The notes under the pieces were generated by a model that saw only the letters and a list, made by a program, of their open reading frames with translations, was not told where the DNA came from and searched no databases. Position numbers and translations under genes: made by a program. This document shows, piece after piece, positions 17,271-26,343 of a DNA stretch of 52,543 nucleotides; position 1 is the stretch's first letter; each line of letters starts with the position of its first letter. The stretch comes from Planctomycetota bacterium (GTDB taxonomy: Bacteria; Planctomycetota; B15-G4; JADJEK01), in the NCBI GenBank assembly GCA_044225365.1, contig JBGAIQ010000041.1:1-52543 (forward strand), written 5' to 3'.

Positions 17271-18812
17271 TCAGCGACCGAGGCGGCGTAAAGCGCCGGG
17301 GTGACCCGGTGCGATTTCGAGGAGGCGAAGCAGCACTTGCTTCGCCTCCTCGTTCTTTCCCGAGCGTCCGAGGAGATCGGCGAGCTGGAGGTGGCCTTCG
17401 AAGAGCGTGGGCTCGTGGCTCACCGCGGCGCGTGCCCGTGCGATCGCTGCCTCGCGCTCGCCCATCTGTTCGAGCAGCGACGAGATCGCGAGATCGATGT
17501 GGCCGTCCGGGGACAAGGCGACGCGATCCGCCGTCTCGAACGAAGCGAGCGACGCGGCGAACTCCTCGCGCTGCGTCGGTGCGCCGAGGGCGAGTCGCCC
17601 GCGAATCTCCGCGAGCCGCCCCACGCCGTCGCGGACGTAGTACTGCTGGACCGCGCTATGAACGCCGAGCGCGAGGAACACGCCGAGGGCAGCGACGAGA
17701 ACACGCCCGCGTGACGAGAGTCGACCGTTCGTCGTCACGCCCACGTGCTGGAACGTGAAGTTGCCGCGACGCAGGCTTCTCCCGAGTGTGATGACGCTGA
17801 CCGCCGTGATCACGGCGAGCCCGATCGCGAGCAAGAACGGCACCTTGTGGTACAGCTCGCGATACGCGTAGAGCCCGAAGCAAAACGTCGCCGCCGCAAC
17901 GAGTTCTTCCTGCCACGAGAGATCGTAGGTCTTGCGTACGACGCGATTCGTCTTCCTCGATCCGCCGCTCGCAAGCGCCGGTGGGCCGAAGCCGACGTAG
18001 AGGGCGTCCTTCGGACACACGCTCACGCAGTCGAGACACTTCATGCATCCCGGATCGACGACGGCCTTGTGCATGGCGACCTCGCGATGGACCAGGACGT
18101 TGCTGGTGCAGGCGACGGTGCAGTGTCCGCAGCCCTCGCACGCATCCGTGACGCGAATGCGAATCGGCGAAGCGCGATCCGCGAGCCCGAAGATTGCGCC
18201 GTACGGGCAGCCGTAGGTGCAGAACCCCTTCGCGCCGAGGAACCAGACGATGAGGAACCCGTCGACGAGAAGAGTGAGAACGGCGACTGCGGGCCCAGGG
18301 AACGTGCGCCAGAAGCTATCGGTCGTGAAGCCGAGGATCAGGGGCGGAGCCGGACGATTCGCGTAGGCGCGAAGGATCGTGGGCCACACGAACATGTAGA
18401 ACGCCGTACCGAGGGGCACGAGAACGAGGAGGCGCGATCGCAGCGGCTTAGGCCGCAGGCCGAGCTTCTTCAGGATGAAGGCGCAGAGATCCTGATACGC
18501 GACGAGGTGGCAAGCCCAGCCGCAGAAGAAACGCCCGACGATCAGAGTGGCGAGGATCGCGATCGTGAAGAGGATGAATCCCGCGTTGAGCAGGCCCTCT
18601 TCGAGCGTCTGCATCGACTCCGATGGCTCGAGCGGCGAGAGCGTGCGCCCCGTCATCTTCCAATGGACGACGTGGGCGATCACGGCGAGGTGCACGAGGA
18701 CGAGTACGACCGCGCGCCATTTCGCGCGTTTCGACGGCCGCGGATCGCCGCAGCGTGTGCGGTGAGAGGAACTCTGCGGAAGGGAACTCGCGGGCGATTC
18801 GAGAGCGGGCAT
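17271..18812 (-). CDS. Membrane polyferredoxin (NapH/MauN-like 4Fe-4S binding) with C-terminal TPR
   Basis: GRFFCGWAC, FCTYGCPYG, CEGCGHCTVAC, CMKCLDCVSVCP; multiple TM helices; TPR-like tail LLEIAPGHPGA. Start revised to ATG 18812. Confidence 0.88.
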   Translation of the reverse strand: MPALESPASSLPQSSSHRTRCGDPRPSKRAKWRAVVLVLVHLAVIAHVVHWKMTGRTLSPLEPSESMQTLEEGLLNAGFILFTIAILATLIVGRFFCGWACHLVAYQDLCAFILKKLGLRPKPLRSRLLVLVPLGTAFYMFVWPTILRAYANRPAPPLILGFTTDSFWRTFPGPAVAVLTLLVDGFLIVWFLGAKGFCTYGCPYGAIFGLADRASPIRIRVTDACEGCGHCTVACTSNVLVHREVAMHKAVVDPGCMKCLDCVSVCPKDALYVGFGPPALASGGSRKTNRVVRKTYDLSWQEELVAAATFCFGLYAYRELYHKVPFLLAIGLAVITAVSVITLGRSLRRGNFTFQHVGVTTNGRLSSRGRVLVAALGVFLALGVHSAVQQYYVRDGVGRLAEIRGRLALGAPTQREEFAASLASFETADRVALSPDGHIDLAISSLLEQMGEREAAIARARAAVSHEPTLFEGHLQLADLLGRSGKNEEAKQVLLRLLEIAPGHPGALRRLGR

Positions 18813-18884
18813 CGTGTGCAATCTAAATGAGCGGCCCGCTTCCCGAATCCGTCCGCGCATCGAATTCCCTGGCGGCTCTCGAGT

Positions 18885-18927
18885 GCGCCGGGCTCCCGCC
18901 CGGGGAGCGCCGGGCTCCCGCCCGGCA
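18885..18927 (+). repeat. Two tandem REP-like palindromes
   Basis: gcgccgggctcccgcccgg followed by ggagcgccgggctcccgcccggca; same family as the 8659 array. Confidence 0.75.
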
Positions 18928-19001
18928 ATTCCTGTTCAGGACGAAGGAGCCGCGAAAACTCCCGATGTCGTGAACGCCCCGATCCGGGTAGCTTCGTGCG
19001 C

Positions 19002-19733
19002 ATGGACCTTCGCAATCGAGTCTGTCTGGTGACCGGCGCGGCGCGACGCGTGGGGCGCGCGATCGCGCTCGAGATGGCGTCGAGGGGCGCTCTCGTCATC
19101 GTCCACTTCCGCGAGTCGGAGGCCGAGGCCAACGCGGTCGTCGCGGAGATCGCGCGCGCGGGCGGATCGGCGCGCGCGATGCGGGCCGATCTCTCGAGTC
19201 GCATCGAGGTGCAGTCCCTGATCCGCGGGATCGAGGTCGACGTCGGCTACGTCGACATCCTCGTCAACAACGCGTCGGAGTTCTTCGAGACGCCGCTGCT
19301 CACCGCGTCCGACGAGGAATGGGACCGATTGCTCACGAGCAATCTGACGGCGCCGTTCTGGCTCGCGCGCCGCGTCGCAGCGCCGATGCTGAATCGCGGA
19401 GGCGGCAAGATCATCAACATCATCGATATCGCTGCGGAGCGCTATCTCGATCACCACCTCGCTTACTGCGTGTCGAAGGCCGGTCTCGCGATGCTGACGA
19501 AGGGGCTCGCGAGGGAGCTCGCGCCGAGCATCCAAGTGAACGGCGTCGCGCCCGGCGCCGTGCTCTGGCCCGAGAACTACGACGAGGCGCAGCGCGCCGC
19601 GATCCTCGCGCAGACTCCGCTCGCACGGCCGGGGAGCGGCGAGGACATCGCCCGCACCGTGCGATTCCTGTGCGAAGAAGGCGATTACATCACGGGGCAG
19701 GTGATCGCGGTCGATGGCGGCAAGTCGCTCTGA
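19002..19733 (+). CDS. Pteridine-reductase-like SDR oxidoreductase (FolM/PTR1-like)
   Basis: TGAARRVGRAIA, LVNNAS, YCVSK (YxxxK), VNGVAPG, ITGQVIAVDGG. Start GTG 18996 or ATG 19002. Confidence 0.88.
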   Translation: MDLRNRVCLVTGAARRVGRAIALEMASRGALVIVHFRESEAEANAVVAEIARAGGSARAMRADLSSRIEVQSLIRGIEVDVGYVDILVNNASEFFETPLLTASDEEWDRLLTSNLTAPFWLARRVAAPMLNRGGGKIINIIDIAAERYLDHHLAYCVSKAGLAMLTKGLARELAPSIQVNGVAPGAVLWPENYDEAQRAAILAQTPLARPGSGEDIARTVRFLCEEGDYITGQVIAVDGGKSL

Positions 19734-19749
19734 TCGAGCAACGGACATC

Positions 19750-20670
19750 ATGGAAACACGACGCATTCGCAACGTCACGGTGTTCTGCGGCGCGAACAAG
19801 GGATCGCATCCACGATTTGCGGCCCTCGCGACGGCGCTCGGATCCGCCCTCGCACGGCGCGGCCTCGGTCTCGTCTACGGGGGTGGCAACGTCGGCCTGA
19901 TGGGCGTGGTCGCCGATGCGGCGCTCGCCTCGAAGGGCACGGTGATCGGCGTGATCCCGAGATTGCTCGCAGAGGCCGAGCTCGCGCATCAGGGTGCCAC
20001 CGAGATGCATGTCGTCGAGAGCATGCACGATCGCAAGGCGCTGATGACCTCGCGCTGCGACGCATTCGTCGCCCTGCCCGGCGGCCTCGGCACGATGGAC
20101 GAATTGTTCGAGGCGCTCACCTGGGCGCAGCTCACGATCCACGACAAACGCGTCTTCGTCCTCGATCCGTTCGGATACTACTCGCCACTCGTGGCGCAAC
20201 TCGACCGTTTCGTCGCGGAGGGATTCCTCGTTGCGAAGAACCGCGCATTGCTGACCTATTGCGAGGATCTCGGCCAGTTGTTCGACCACCTCGATCCGCC
20301 CCGGGCGGGCCGAGAGACGATCTTCCACCTCACGAGCGAGGCGACGTGGAAGGCCGCGCGAAGTGCAAGCGAGTATCGCGGCGATACCCTGGAGTCGGAG
20401 GGCTTCATCCACGCGTCGACCCGAAGCCAGCTCGCTCCCGTGGCGAATCGACTCTTCCGCGAGCGAACGGATCTCGTCTTGTTGGAGATCGACCTCTCGC
20501 GCATCGCGCCGCGAGTGGTGCGCGAGAATCTCGAAGGTGGGTCGGAACTCTATCCGCACCTCTACGGACCCCTGAATCTCGATGCCGTCGTCGCGGCAAG
20601 ACCGTACCGTGCGGACTCGAACGGTCGCTTCGCGACGCCCGATGATTCAAGGTCCAAGGAGTCGCCATGA
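19750..20670 (+). CDS. LOG-family nucleotide phosphoribohydrolase fused to DUF952
   Basis: N-terminal VFCG, LVYGGGNVGLMG, MHDRK, PGGLGTMDE; C-terminal IFHLT, EGFIHAST, YPHLYGPLNLDAV. Start revised to ATG 19750. Confidence 0.88.
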   Translation: METRRIRNVTVFCGANKGSHPRFAALATALGSALARRGLGLVYGGGNVGLMGVVADAALASKGTVIGVIPRLLAEAELAHQGATEMHVVESMHDRKALMTSRCDAFVALPGGLGTMDELFEALTWAQLTIHDKRVFVLDPFGYYSPLVAQLDRFVAEGFLVAKNRALLTYCEDLGQLFDHLDPPRAGRETIFHLTSEATWKAARSASEYRGDTLESEGFIHASTRSQLAPVANRLFRERTDLVLLEIDLSRIAPRVVRENLEGGSELYPHLYGPLNLDAVVAARPYRADSNGRFATPDDSRSKESP

Positions 20671-21914
20671 AGCCGCGCGCACTCTCTCACTCCCTCGCAG
20701 TCCTCGCCGTTGCTGCGCTCCTGATGGGCTGTGGGCACGAGAAGGAGAGCAAGTCCATTGCGCTCGCGACCGATCTCGCCCACCGGTTCATCCTGATCGA
20801 CGGCCACATCGACGTGCCGTACCGGCTTACCGGGCAACGGAAGCTCGAGGGCAAGATGGACGACGTCTCGGTCGCGACGCCGACCGGTGACTTCGACTAT
20901 CCGCGAGCGATGGCCGGCGGTCTCGATGCGTTCTTCCAGTCGATCTACACCCCGTCCGAATACGAAGGAAAGGGCGCCAAAGCGTTTGCGGATGGACTGA
21001 TCGATCTCGTCGAAGGGATCGTGAAATCCCATCCCGATCGGTTCGTAATGGTGAGGACCGCAGCCGAGGTGCGCGCGCTCCGCTCGCCGAGCGACGGCAA
21101 GCGAATCGGATTCCTGATGGGAATGGAGAACGGAGCGCCATTGGAGGGTGATCTCGCGAATCTCGATCACTTCGCGCAGCGCGGGGTCCGGTACATCACG
21201 CTTTGCCATGCGAAGGACAATCACATCTGTGATTCGTCGTACGACGATCGGCACACGCATCACGGCCTCACCGAATTCGGCCGGCAGGTGATCGCGCGCA
21301 TGAACGAGCTCGGTGTCCTCGTCGACGTCAGCCATGTCTCGGACGACAGCTTCTATCAGGCCGTCGCGCTCAGCAAGGCGCCGGTGATCGCGTCGCATTC
21401 GTCGGTGCGGCGTTACGTCCCGCGCTTCGAGCGCAACATGGACGACGACATGCTTCACCAGCTCAAAGCGAACGGCGGAGTGATCATGATCAACTTCGGA
21501 TCGACGTTCGTCGACGAGGAGATCAACGCGAAGGGCGTGGCGCGCAAGGCCGCGTTCGCCGCGGAGCTGAAGCAGCGAGGAATCGAGGAGAATTCGCCGC
21601 AAGCGGACGAACTCGAGAAGCAGTACGAGAAGGAGCATCCAGTCCCGTACGCGACGGTCTCGAAGGTCGCCGATCACATCGAGCACGTCGTGAAGGAGAT
21701 CGGTGTCGACCACGTCGGGTTCGGCTCGGATTTCGACGGCGTCGGGGATTCGCTGCCGACCGGACTCAAGGACGTCTCGCAGTATCCGAATCTGATCGCG
21801 GAACTCCTGAATCGGGGTTTCACGGAGCCGGACATCGAGAAGATCTGCGGCGGAAACGTGTTGCGCATCCTCGAGAAGGCCGAGCAAGTGGCGGCTTCGC
21901 TCGCGAAGCACTGA
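20667..21914 (+). CDS. Membrane dipeptidase (peptidase M19), lipoprotein
   Basis: Lipobox LLMGC; DGHID, GMEN, DVSH, ASHS, RNMDD, GFGSDFDG motifs; ATGA overlap with the upstream gene. Confidence 0.93.
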   Translation: MKPRALSHSLAVLAVAALLMGCGHEKESKSIALATDLAHRFILIDGHIDVPYRLTGQRKLEGKMDDVSVATPTGDFDYPRAMAGGLDAFFQSIYTPSEYEGKGAKAFADGLIDLVEGIVKSHPDRFVMVRTAAEVRALRSPSDGKRIGFLMGMENGAPLEGDLANLDHFAQRGVRYITLCHAKDNHICDSSYDDRHTHHGLTEFGRQVIARMNELGVLVDVSHVSDDSFYQAVALSKAPVIASHSSVRRYVPRFERNMDDDMLHQLKANGGVIMINFGSTFVDEEINAKGVARKAAFAAELKQRGIEENSPQADELEKQYEKEHPVPYATVSKVADHIEHVVKEIGVDHVGFGSDFDGVGDSLPTGLKDVSQYPNLIAELLNRGFTEPDIEKICGGNVLRILEKAEQVAASLAKH

Positions 21915-21965
21915 AGTCCGGAACTTCGTCTTCTACGCGCGCTCGCGGCGCGGTATGAAGGCGAC

Positions 21966-23537
21966 ATGGCGGACGTCGTCTTCAAGAACGGCAAGGTGTG
22001 GACGTGCGAGGAAGCGCGACCACGGGCGAGCGCGCTCCTCGTGCGCGATGGATCGATCGCCGCTCTCGGTGACGATGCCGAGATCTCGGCCATGGCGCCC
22101 GCGGCGAAGACGATCGATCTCGCGGGCCGCGCGCTGGTACCAGGATTCAACGACGCACACGTCCACGTGTGGAAGGTTGGGCACTTCCTGACCTCGCTGC
22201 TCGACCTACGCGGCGTTCGCAGCATCGCCGAAATGACTCCGCTCCTCCGCGCGAGAGCCGAGGCAACCGCGCGCGATCGGTTCGTGCTCGCTCGCGGCGT
22301 GAACGAGAACGTGCTCGAAGAGCGCCGGCTTCCGACTCGCGCCGACCTCGATCGGGCCGCACCGGATCATCCCGTGATCGTCGTTCGCCAATGCGGACAC
22401 ATCGGGATCGCCAATTCGCGAGCGCTCGCGGCGGCCGGTATCACGAGCAGCACGCCCGATCCGACGGGCGGCGTCATCGACCGCGATTCGCATGGTGAGC
22501 CCACCGGCGTCGTGCGCGAGACGGCGCTCACCGCGCTGCAACGCTGCGTGCCGAAGCCGAGCGAGTCCGAATACGAATCGATGATCGCAGCGGCGCATCG
22601 CAAGTTGATCGAGCATGGGATCACGAGCGCGACCGATCCTGGTGTCGAACCCGAGCTGCTCTACGCCTATCGGCGGCTCGACGAGCGCGGCGCGCTCGCC
22701 GTGCGCATGAACGTGATGGCGCTCGGAACGGACGGAGTGGTGACGCAAGCGCTCCCCGTCGCGTACGTGAGCGAGACGTTGCGGATCGACACCGTGAAGT
22801 TCTTCCTCGACGGCGGTCTGTCGGGTGGGACGGCGGCGCTCGGCAAGGAATCGAGCTACGCCGACGGAACTCGCGGCATCCTGCGACTCGACGAAGCGGC
22901 GTTCTACGAACCCGCGCGCGAGGTGCAGCGGGCGGGTCTGCGCATCGCCGCCCATGCGATCGGCGATCGCGCGGTCGAGTGCGCGCTTGGCGTCTACGAG
23001 TGTCTGCGGCGCGACGGACCGGGCCTGCGCCACCGCATCGAGCACGGCGGCCTCGCGACGAAAGCCCAATTGCGGCGGCTCGAGCGCGGGCGGCATCCCG
23101 TCGTCATGCAACCGATCTTCGTCCGAGAGTTGGCGGCGAGTTGGCGTGCGCATCTCGGCGAGTCGTTCTCGGGCGCGCCGTATCCGCTGCGCACCGCACT
23201 CGATTCGAAATGCGACCTCGCGCTGTCGTCGGACGCGCCCGTCGTCGACGAATTGAGTCCGCTCGTCAACATCGCCACCGCGGTGACTCGCCGTGGAACG
23301 GATGGAATGATCCACGGAAGCGCCGAAGCGATCTCGATCGGTGAAGCGCTACGCGCCGCGACGCTCGGCGGCGCGATCGCGAGCGGCGACGAACATTCGC
23401 GCGGCAGCTTGCGCGTGGGAAAACGAGCCGACGTCGTCGTACTCGATCGCGATCCGCTCTCGATCGAACCCGGCGCCATCGAATCGATTCGCGTCGACCT
23501 CACGATGGTGAACGGCGAGATTGCGTTCGAGCGCTGA
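21966..23537 (+). CDS. Amidohydrolase family 3 (YtcJ-like)
   Basis: PGFNDAHVH, KFFLDG, HAIGDRA, HRIEH, SSDAPV, GSLRVGKRAD motifs. Confidence 0.92.
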   Translation: MADVVFKNGKVWTCEEARPRASALLVRDGSIAALGDDAEISAMAPAAKTIDLAGRALVPGFNDAHVHVWKVGHFLTSLLDLRGVRSIAEMTPLLRARAEATARDRFVLARGVNENVLEERRLPTRADLDRAAPDHPVIVVRQCGHIGIANSRALAAAGITSSTPDPTGGVIDRDSHGEPTGVVRETALTALQRCVPKPSESEYESMIAAAHRKLIEHGITSATDPGVEPELLYAYRRLDERGALAVRMNVMALGTDGVVTQALPVAYVSETLRIDTVKFFLDGGLSGGTAALGKESSYADGTRGILRLDEAAFYEPAREVQRAGLRIAAHAIGDRAVECALGVYECLRRDGPGLRHRIEHGGLATKAQLRRLERGRHPVVMQPIFVRELAASWRAHLGESFSGAPYPLRTALDSKCDLALSSDAPVVDELSPLVNIATAVTRRGTDGMIHGSAEAISIGEALRAATLGGAIASGDEHSRGSLRVGKRADVVVLDRDPLSIEPGAIESIRVDLTMVNGEIAFER

Positions 23538-23547
23538 CCCGCGCCCG

Positions 23548-24669
23548 TCACTGCAGAATGAGCGCCAGACAGTCGATCTTGCCGTTCTTCAGCGGCCGCA
23601 CCGTCTCGGCGAGATCGACGAGTTCGCTCGGCGCCCCCTCGGCCGGGACGAGCAGGACGCAGGTCCAGTCCGCGTAGTCGCGCGTCAGCGTCTTCGAGAA
23701 TGCGCGGGCCGTGCGCGATGCGATGATCGGATCGTCCATGCGCACGCCGTACGGAAGATTCGCGACGAGGATCCCGCTCTTGATCGCGTGTGCGGGATAG
23801 CGAGCGTCGGCGACGGCGATCGTCATCTGATGTCCGACTCGCGCGCGCTCCGCGTTCTTCGCGGCGAGCACGGTCCGTCGATGTTCGAGATCGCAAGCGA
23901 GGATCGGCGCCGGCGGTTTCTGTTTGCGCTGACCGCGGACCGCTTCGAGCACCGCCCGATACTTGCGTGGCTCGAAGTCGGCGAATCGCTCGAAAGCGAA
24001 TTCGCCCTTCTTGCGATGGATCAGCGGCGCCTTTCCGAGCGCGATGTAGGCAGCCTCGATCGCGATCGTGCCCGATCCGCAGAACGGGTCGAGGAAGGGC
24101 ACGCTCCCGTCGTAGCCGACGAGCATGAGCAGCGCCGCCGCGAGAGTCTCCTGGATGGGCGCATCGTGACCCTCGCCACGCCATCCGCGTTTGTGGAGGG
24201 CTTTGCCGGCGACATCGACACCGACGCGCAGCTCGCCCGCGCGGCGATGCACCACGAGCCGGACGTACTCCGGCATGTCCTTCGCCATTTCCTTGCGCGC
24301 GCCGCGCTTTCGATTGAGCCGCCGCTCGATCGAATTCGCGAGCGCCACGATCTTCTGGATCGGCTTGCCGGTGTCGTGCAGTTCGATGCCGATGCCCTGC
24401 TTCTCGCGCAGGACGCTCGACAGATCGAGATCGAGGAGGGTGTCCTCGACCTGCTGCTCGCGCTTCGCGTCGCCGCGATAGATGAGGCGCTGGATGCGGC
24501 TCGCGGTGCGGAGTTCGAGGCAGGCGCGCCAGAGTTTCTCGTCGTCACCTTGCGTGAAGACGCCGCCCTTCACGCGAGTGCCGGGAGGCAGGCCGAGCTT
24601 GCGCATCTCGCGTTCGAGGAGATCCTCGATGCCGGGTGCACAGGTGACGAGGAGCGGGTGTTCGGTCAT
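23548..24669 (-). CDS. RlmL/YpsC-like THUMP-domain SAM-dependent RNA methyltransferase
   Basis: TCAPGIE, LRTASRI, LHKRGWR...APIQETLAAA, DPFCGSGTIAIEAA, ANLPYG, KNGKIDC. Start revised to ATG 24669 (ATGA overlap with the GNAT stop). Confidence 0.88.
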   Translation of the reverse strand: MTEHPLLVTCAPGIEDLLEREMRKLGLPPGTRVKGGVFTQGDDEKLWRACLELRTASRIQRLIYRGDAKREQQVEDTLLDLDLSSVLREKQGIGIELHDTGKPIQKIVALANSIERRLNRKRGARKEMAKDMPEYVRLVVHRRAGELRVGVDVAGKALHKRGWRGEGHDAPIQETLAAALLMLVGYDGSVPFLDPFCGSGTIAIEAAYIALGKAPLIHRKKGEFAFERFADFEPRKYRAVLEAVRGQRKQKPPAPILACDLEHRRTVLAAKNAERARVGHQMTIAVADARYPAHAIKSGILVANLPYGVRMDDPIIASRTARAFSKTLTRDYADWTCVLLVPAEGAPSELVDLAETVRPLKNGKIDCLALILQ

Positions 24670-25358
24670 CGGATTCCTGGGATCGAGCGTGCTGCCACGC
24701 GATTCGTGGGCAGCACGAGGAGGACGCCGGCGCCGTCGCAAACCGGATCGTCGAGATAGCGGGGAAGCAGGCCGCGTGGAGTGAAGCCGAGAGCGAGTTG
24801 GAAGCTGACGGTGGGGTCGCGGCGTCGACCGGCGATCACGTCGTCGAAGTACGAACCGAGGGAGACCTCGTGCTTCACGGCGCCGTATCCCGACAACATT
24901 CCAACGGTGACCTGACCTTCGAGCGCGAGGTCGGCCGCGAGCGCCGCCCGCGCGGCGTACAGCGCCTTCGCGATCCCGCGTCCGCGATGGTCGGGGTGCA
25001 CGCCGATGTCGGCGCCATAGAGCCAGCGTCCCTGCGGCGAGTGCGACGACAGCCAGCCGCCCGCAATGACGTCGGCGAACGTGTGGGTCACGTGATCGAA
25101 ATCGAAATCGAGGCGAAGCGTCGTCGTCGCGCCGATGACGTTTCCGGTGGCGTCGTCGATCGCCACGAATTGTCCCGCGGGGAAGATCTCGAGATGGCGG
25201 CGATAGTGCGCGGCCTTGAATCGTTCGGAGTCGGAGAGCGTCGGGAACACGATCTCCTGCAGTCGCTCGAGCGACGGAGCGTGGTCGCGCTGCATGGCGC
25301 CGATCGAAAACGGCGCGGTGGCTCGGCGGGACTCGTCTCGTTCGTTCGTGCTGGGCAT
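24666..25358 (-). CDS. GNAT-family N-acetyltransferase
   Basis: HLEIFPAGQFVA, LYGADIGVHPDHRGRGIAKALY, DPTVSFQLALGF motifs. Start 25358 or 25373. Confidence 0.88.
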   Translation of the reverse strand: MPSTNERDESRRATAPFSIGAMQRDHAPSLERLQEIVFPTLSDSERFKAAHYRRHLEIFPAGQFVAIDDATGNVIGATTTLRLDFDFDHVTHTFADVIAGGWLSSHSPQGRWLYGADIGVHPDHRGRGIAKALYAARAALAADLALEGQVTVGMLSGYGAVKHEVSLGSYFDDVIAGRRRDPTVSFQLALGFTPRGLLPRYLDDPVCDGAGVLLVLPTNRVAARSIPGIR

Positions 25359-25421
25359 GGACCGCCCGAGCATACCCGCTCGGTCGCCCCGGACCTCACG
25401 GCGTCGGTCGCAGAACCGCGA

Positions 25422-26261
25422 TCAGCCTCCGGTCGCTTTCGAAACTGCGCTGTCGTTCGTCGCGACGCCGTCGTCCTGGACGATCGCGGCTTCGACGAGG
25501 ATCGCGTAGCCCTCGCCGGGACAACCGAGGCTCGGGCTGAGGATCAGGAGCGCTTCGCCTCGTGCGAGCCGCGTCGTGCTCGAGAGCTGAAGTCTCGTGA
25601 GACAGGGCACTTCGATGTGGACGCTCTTATCCGCGACGAGCATCGGGACTTCGACGTCGACGAACGGCCGCGGACTCTCGGAGACATCGATTCGAACCCC
25701 GAGATCGAGATCTCTCGAATTCAGCACCGGATCGGCGCCGATGCGAAGACGAGTGCCGAGTCGTTGGACACCGATCTTCGGATCGAGGATCACGGCGGAC
25801 GGAAGCGACCGCATCTCGAATGTCTCCACGTGGGAGACGTCGCGCACGGCCTCGATCTGCCCGGCGCGGATGTGGTCGAGCTCGAGATTCGCATCCACTC
25901 GGCGATCCGGACTCGTGATCTTGTCGAGCCGGGCCGCGAGTTCGTCGCTCGCCGTCGCGTCGAGCACCCGCGCCGCGGTTCCCGGCAGCGCGTTCGGCGC
26001 CATCGCGTCGATCTCGTCGACGGGGGCCCGCCACATCCGCACGTGCGAGCGGACGAGCGGACGAGTGGCGTCGAACGATGGGATGGCGTCGCCCGTTTCG
26101 TGGATCGGCTCCATCCCGTGGAAGACGATCGAACCCGTGGCCACGACGTCGCACGATCGGAGGGAGGGAATCGCCTCCTCCGATCGCGGGATCCCCGAGC
26201 AGCCGAAGGCAAGCACTGCGACGAGTGGAAGCGCCAGTTTCGTTTCGCGGCGAAGTCGCAT
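25422..26261 (-). CDS. Hypothetical lipoprotein with a secretin-like beta-strand region
   Basis: Lipobox LAFGC; C-terminal half reads SHVETFEM...ILDP..G...GTRLRI...IEVP...STTRL..GEALLI. Start revised to ATG 26261. Confidence 0.65.
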   Translation of the reverse strand: MRLRRETKLALPLVAVLAFGCSGIPRSEEAIPSLRSCDVVATGSIVFHGMEPIHETGDAIPSFDATRPLVRSHVRMWRAPVDEIDAMAPNALPGTAARVLDATASDELAARLDKITSPDRRVDANLELDHIRAGQIEAVRDVSHVETFEMRSLPSAVILDPKIGVQRLGTRLRIGADPVLNSRDLDLGVRIDVSESPRPFVDVEVPMLVADKSVHIEVPCLTRLQLSSTTRLARGEALLILSPSLGCPGEGYAILVEAAIVQDDGVATNDSAVSKATGG

Positions 26262-26343
26262 CGGACTCTCCCAGAAGGGCAATTACGGCACGCAGGTCGT
26301 ATCCGCCTTCGTACTCCGAGTAACATTCGAGCGGAGGTCCAGC

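Noticed and set aside
25597-26343. 250-aa N-terminal extension on the aldehyde dehydrogenase
   Set aside because: It is antisense to the 25422-26261 lipoprotein, and ATG 26344 has a strong RBS and gives a normal ALDH length.
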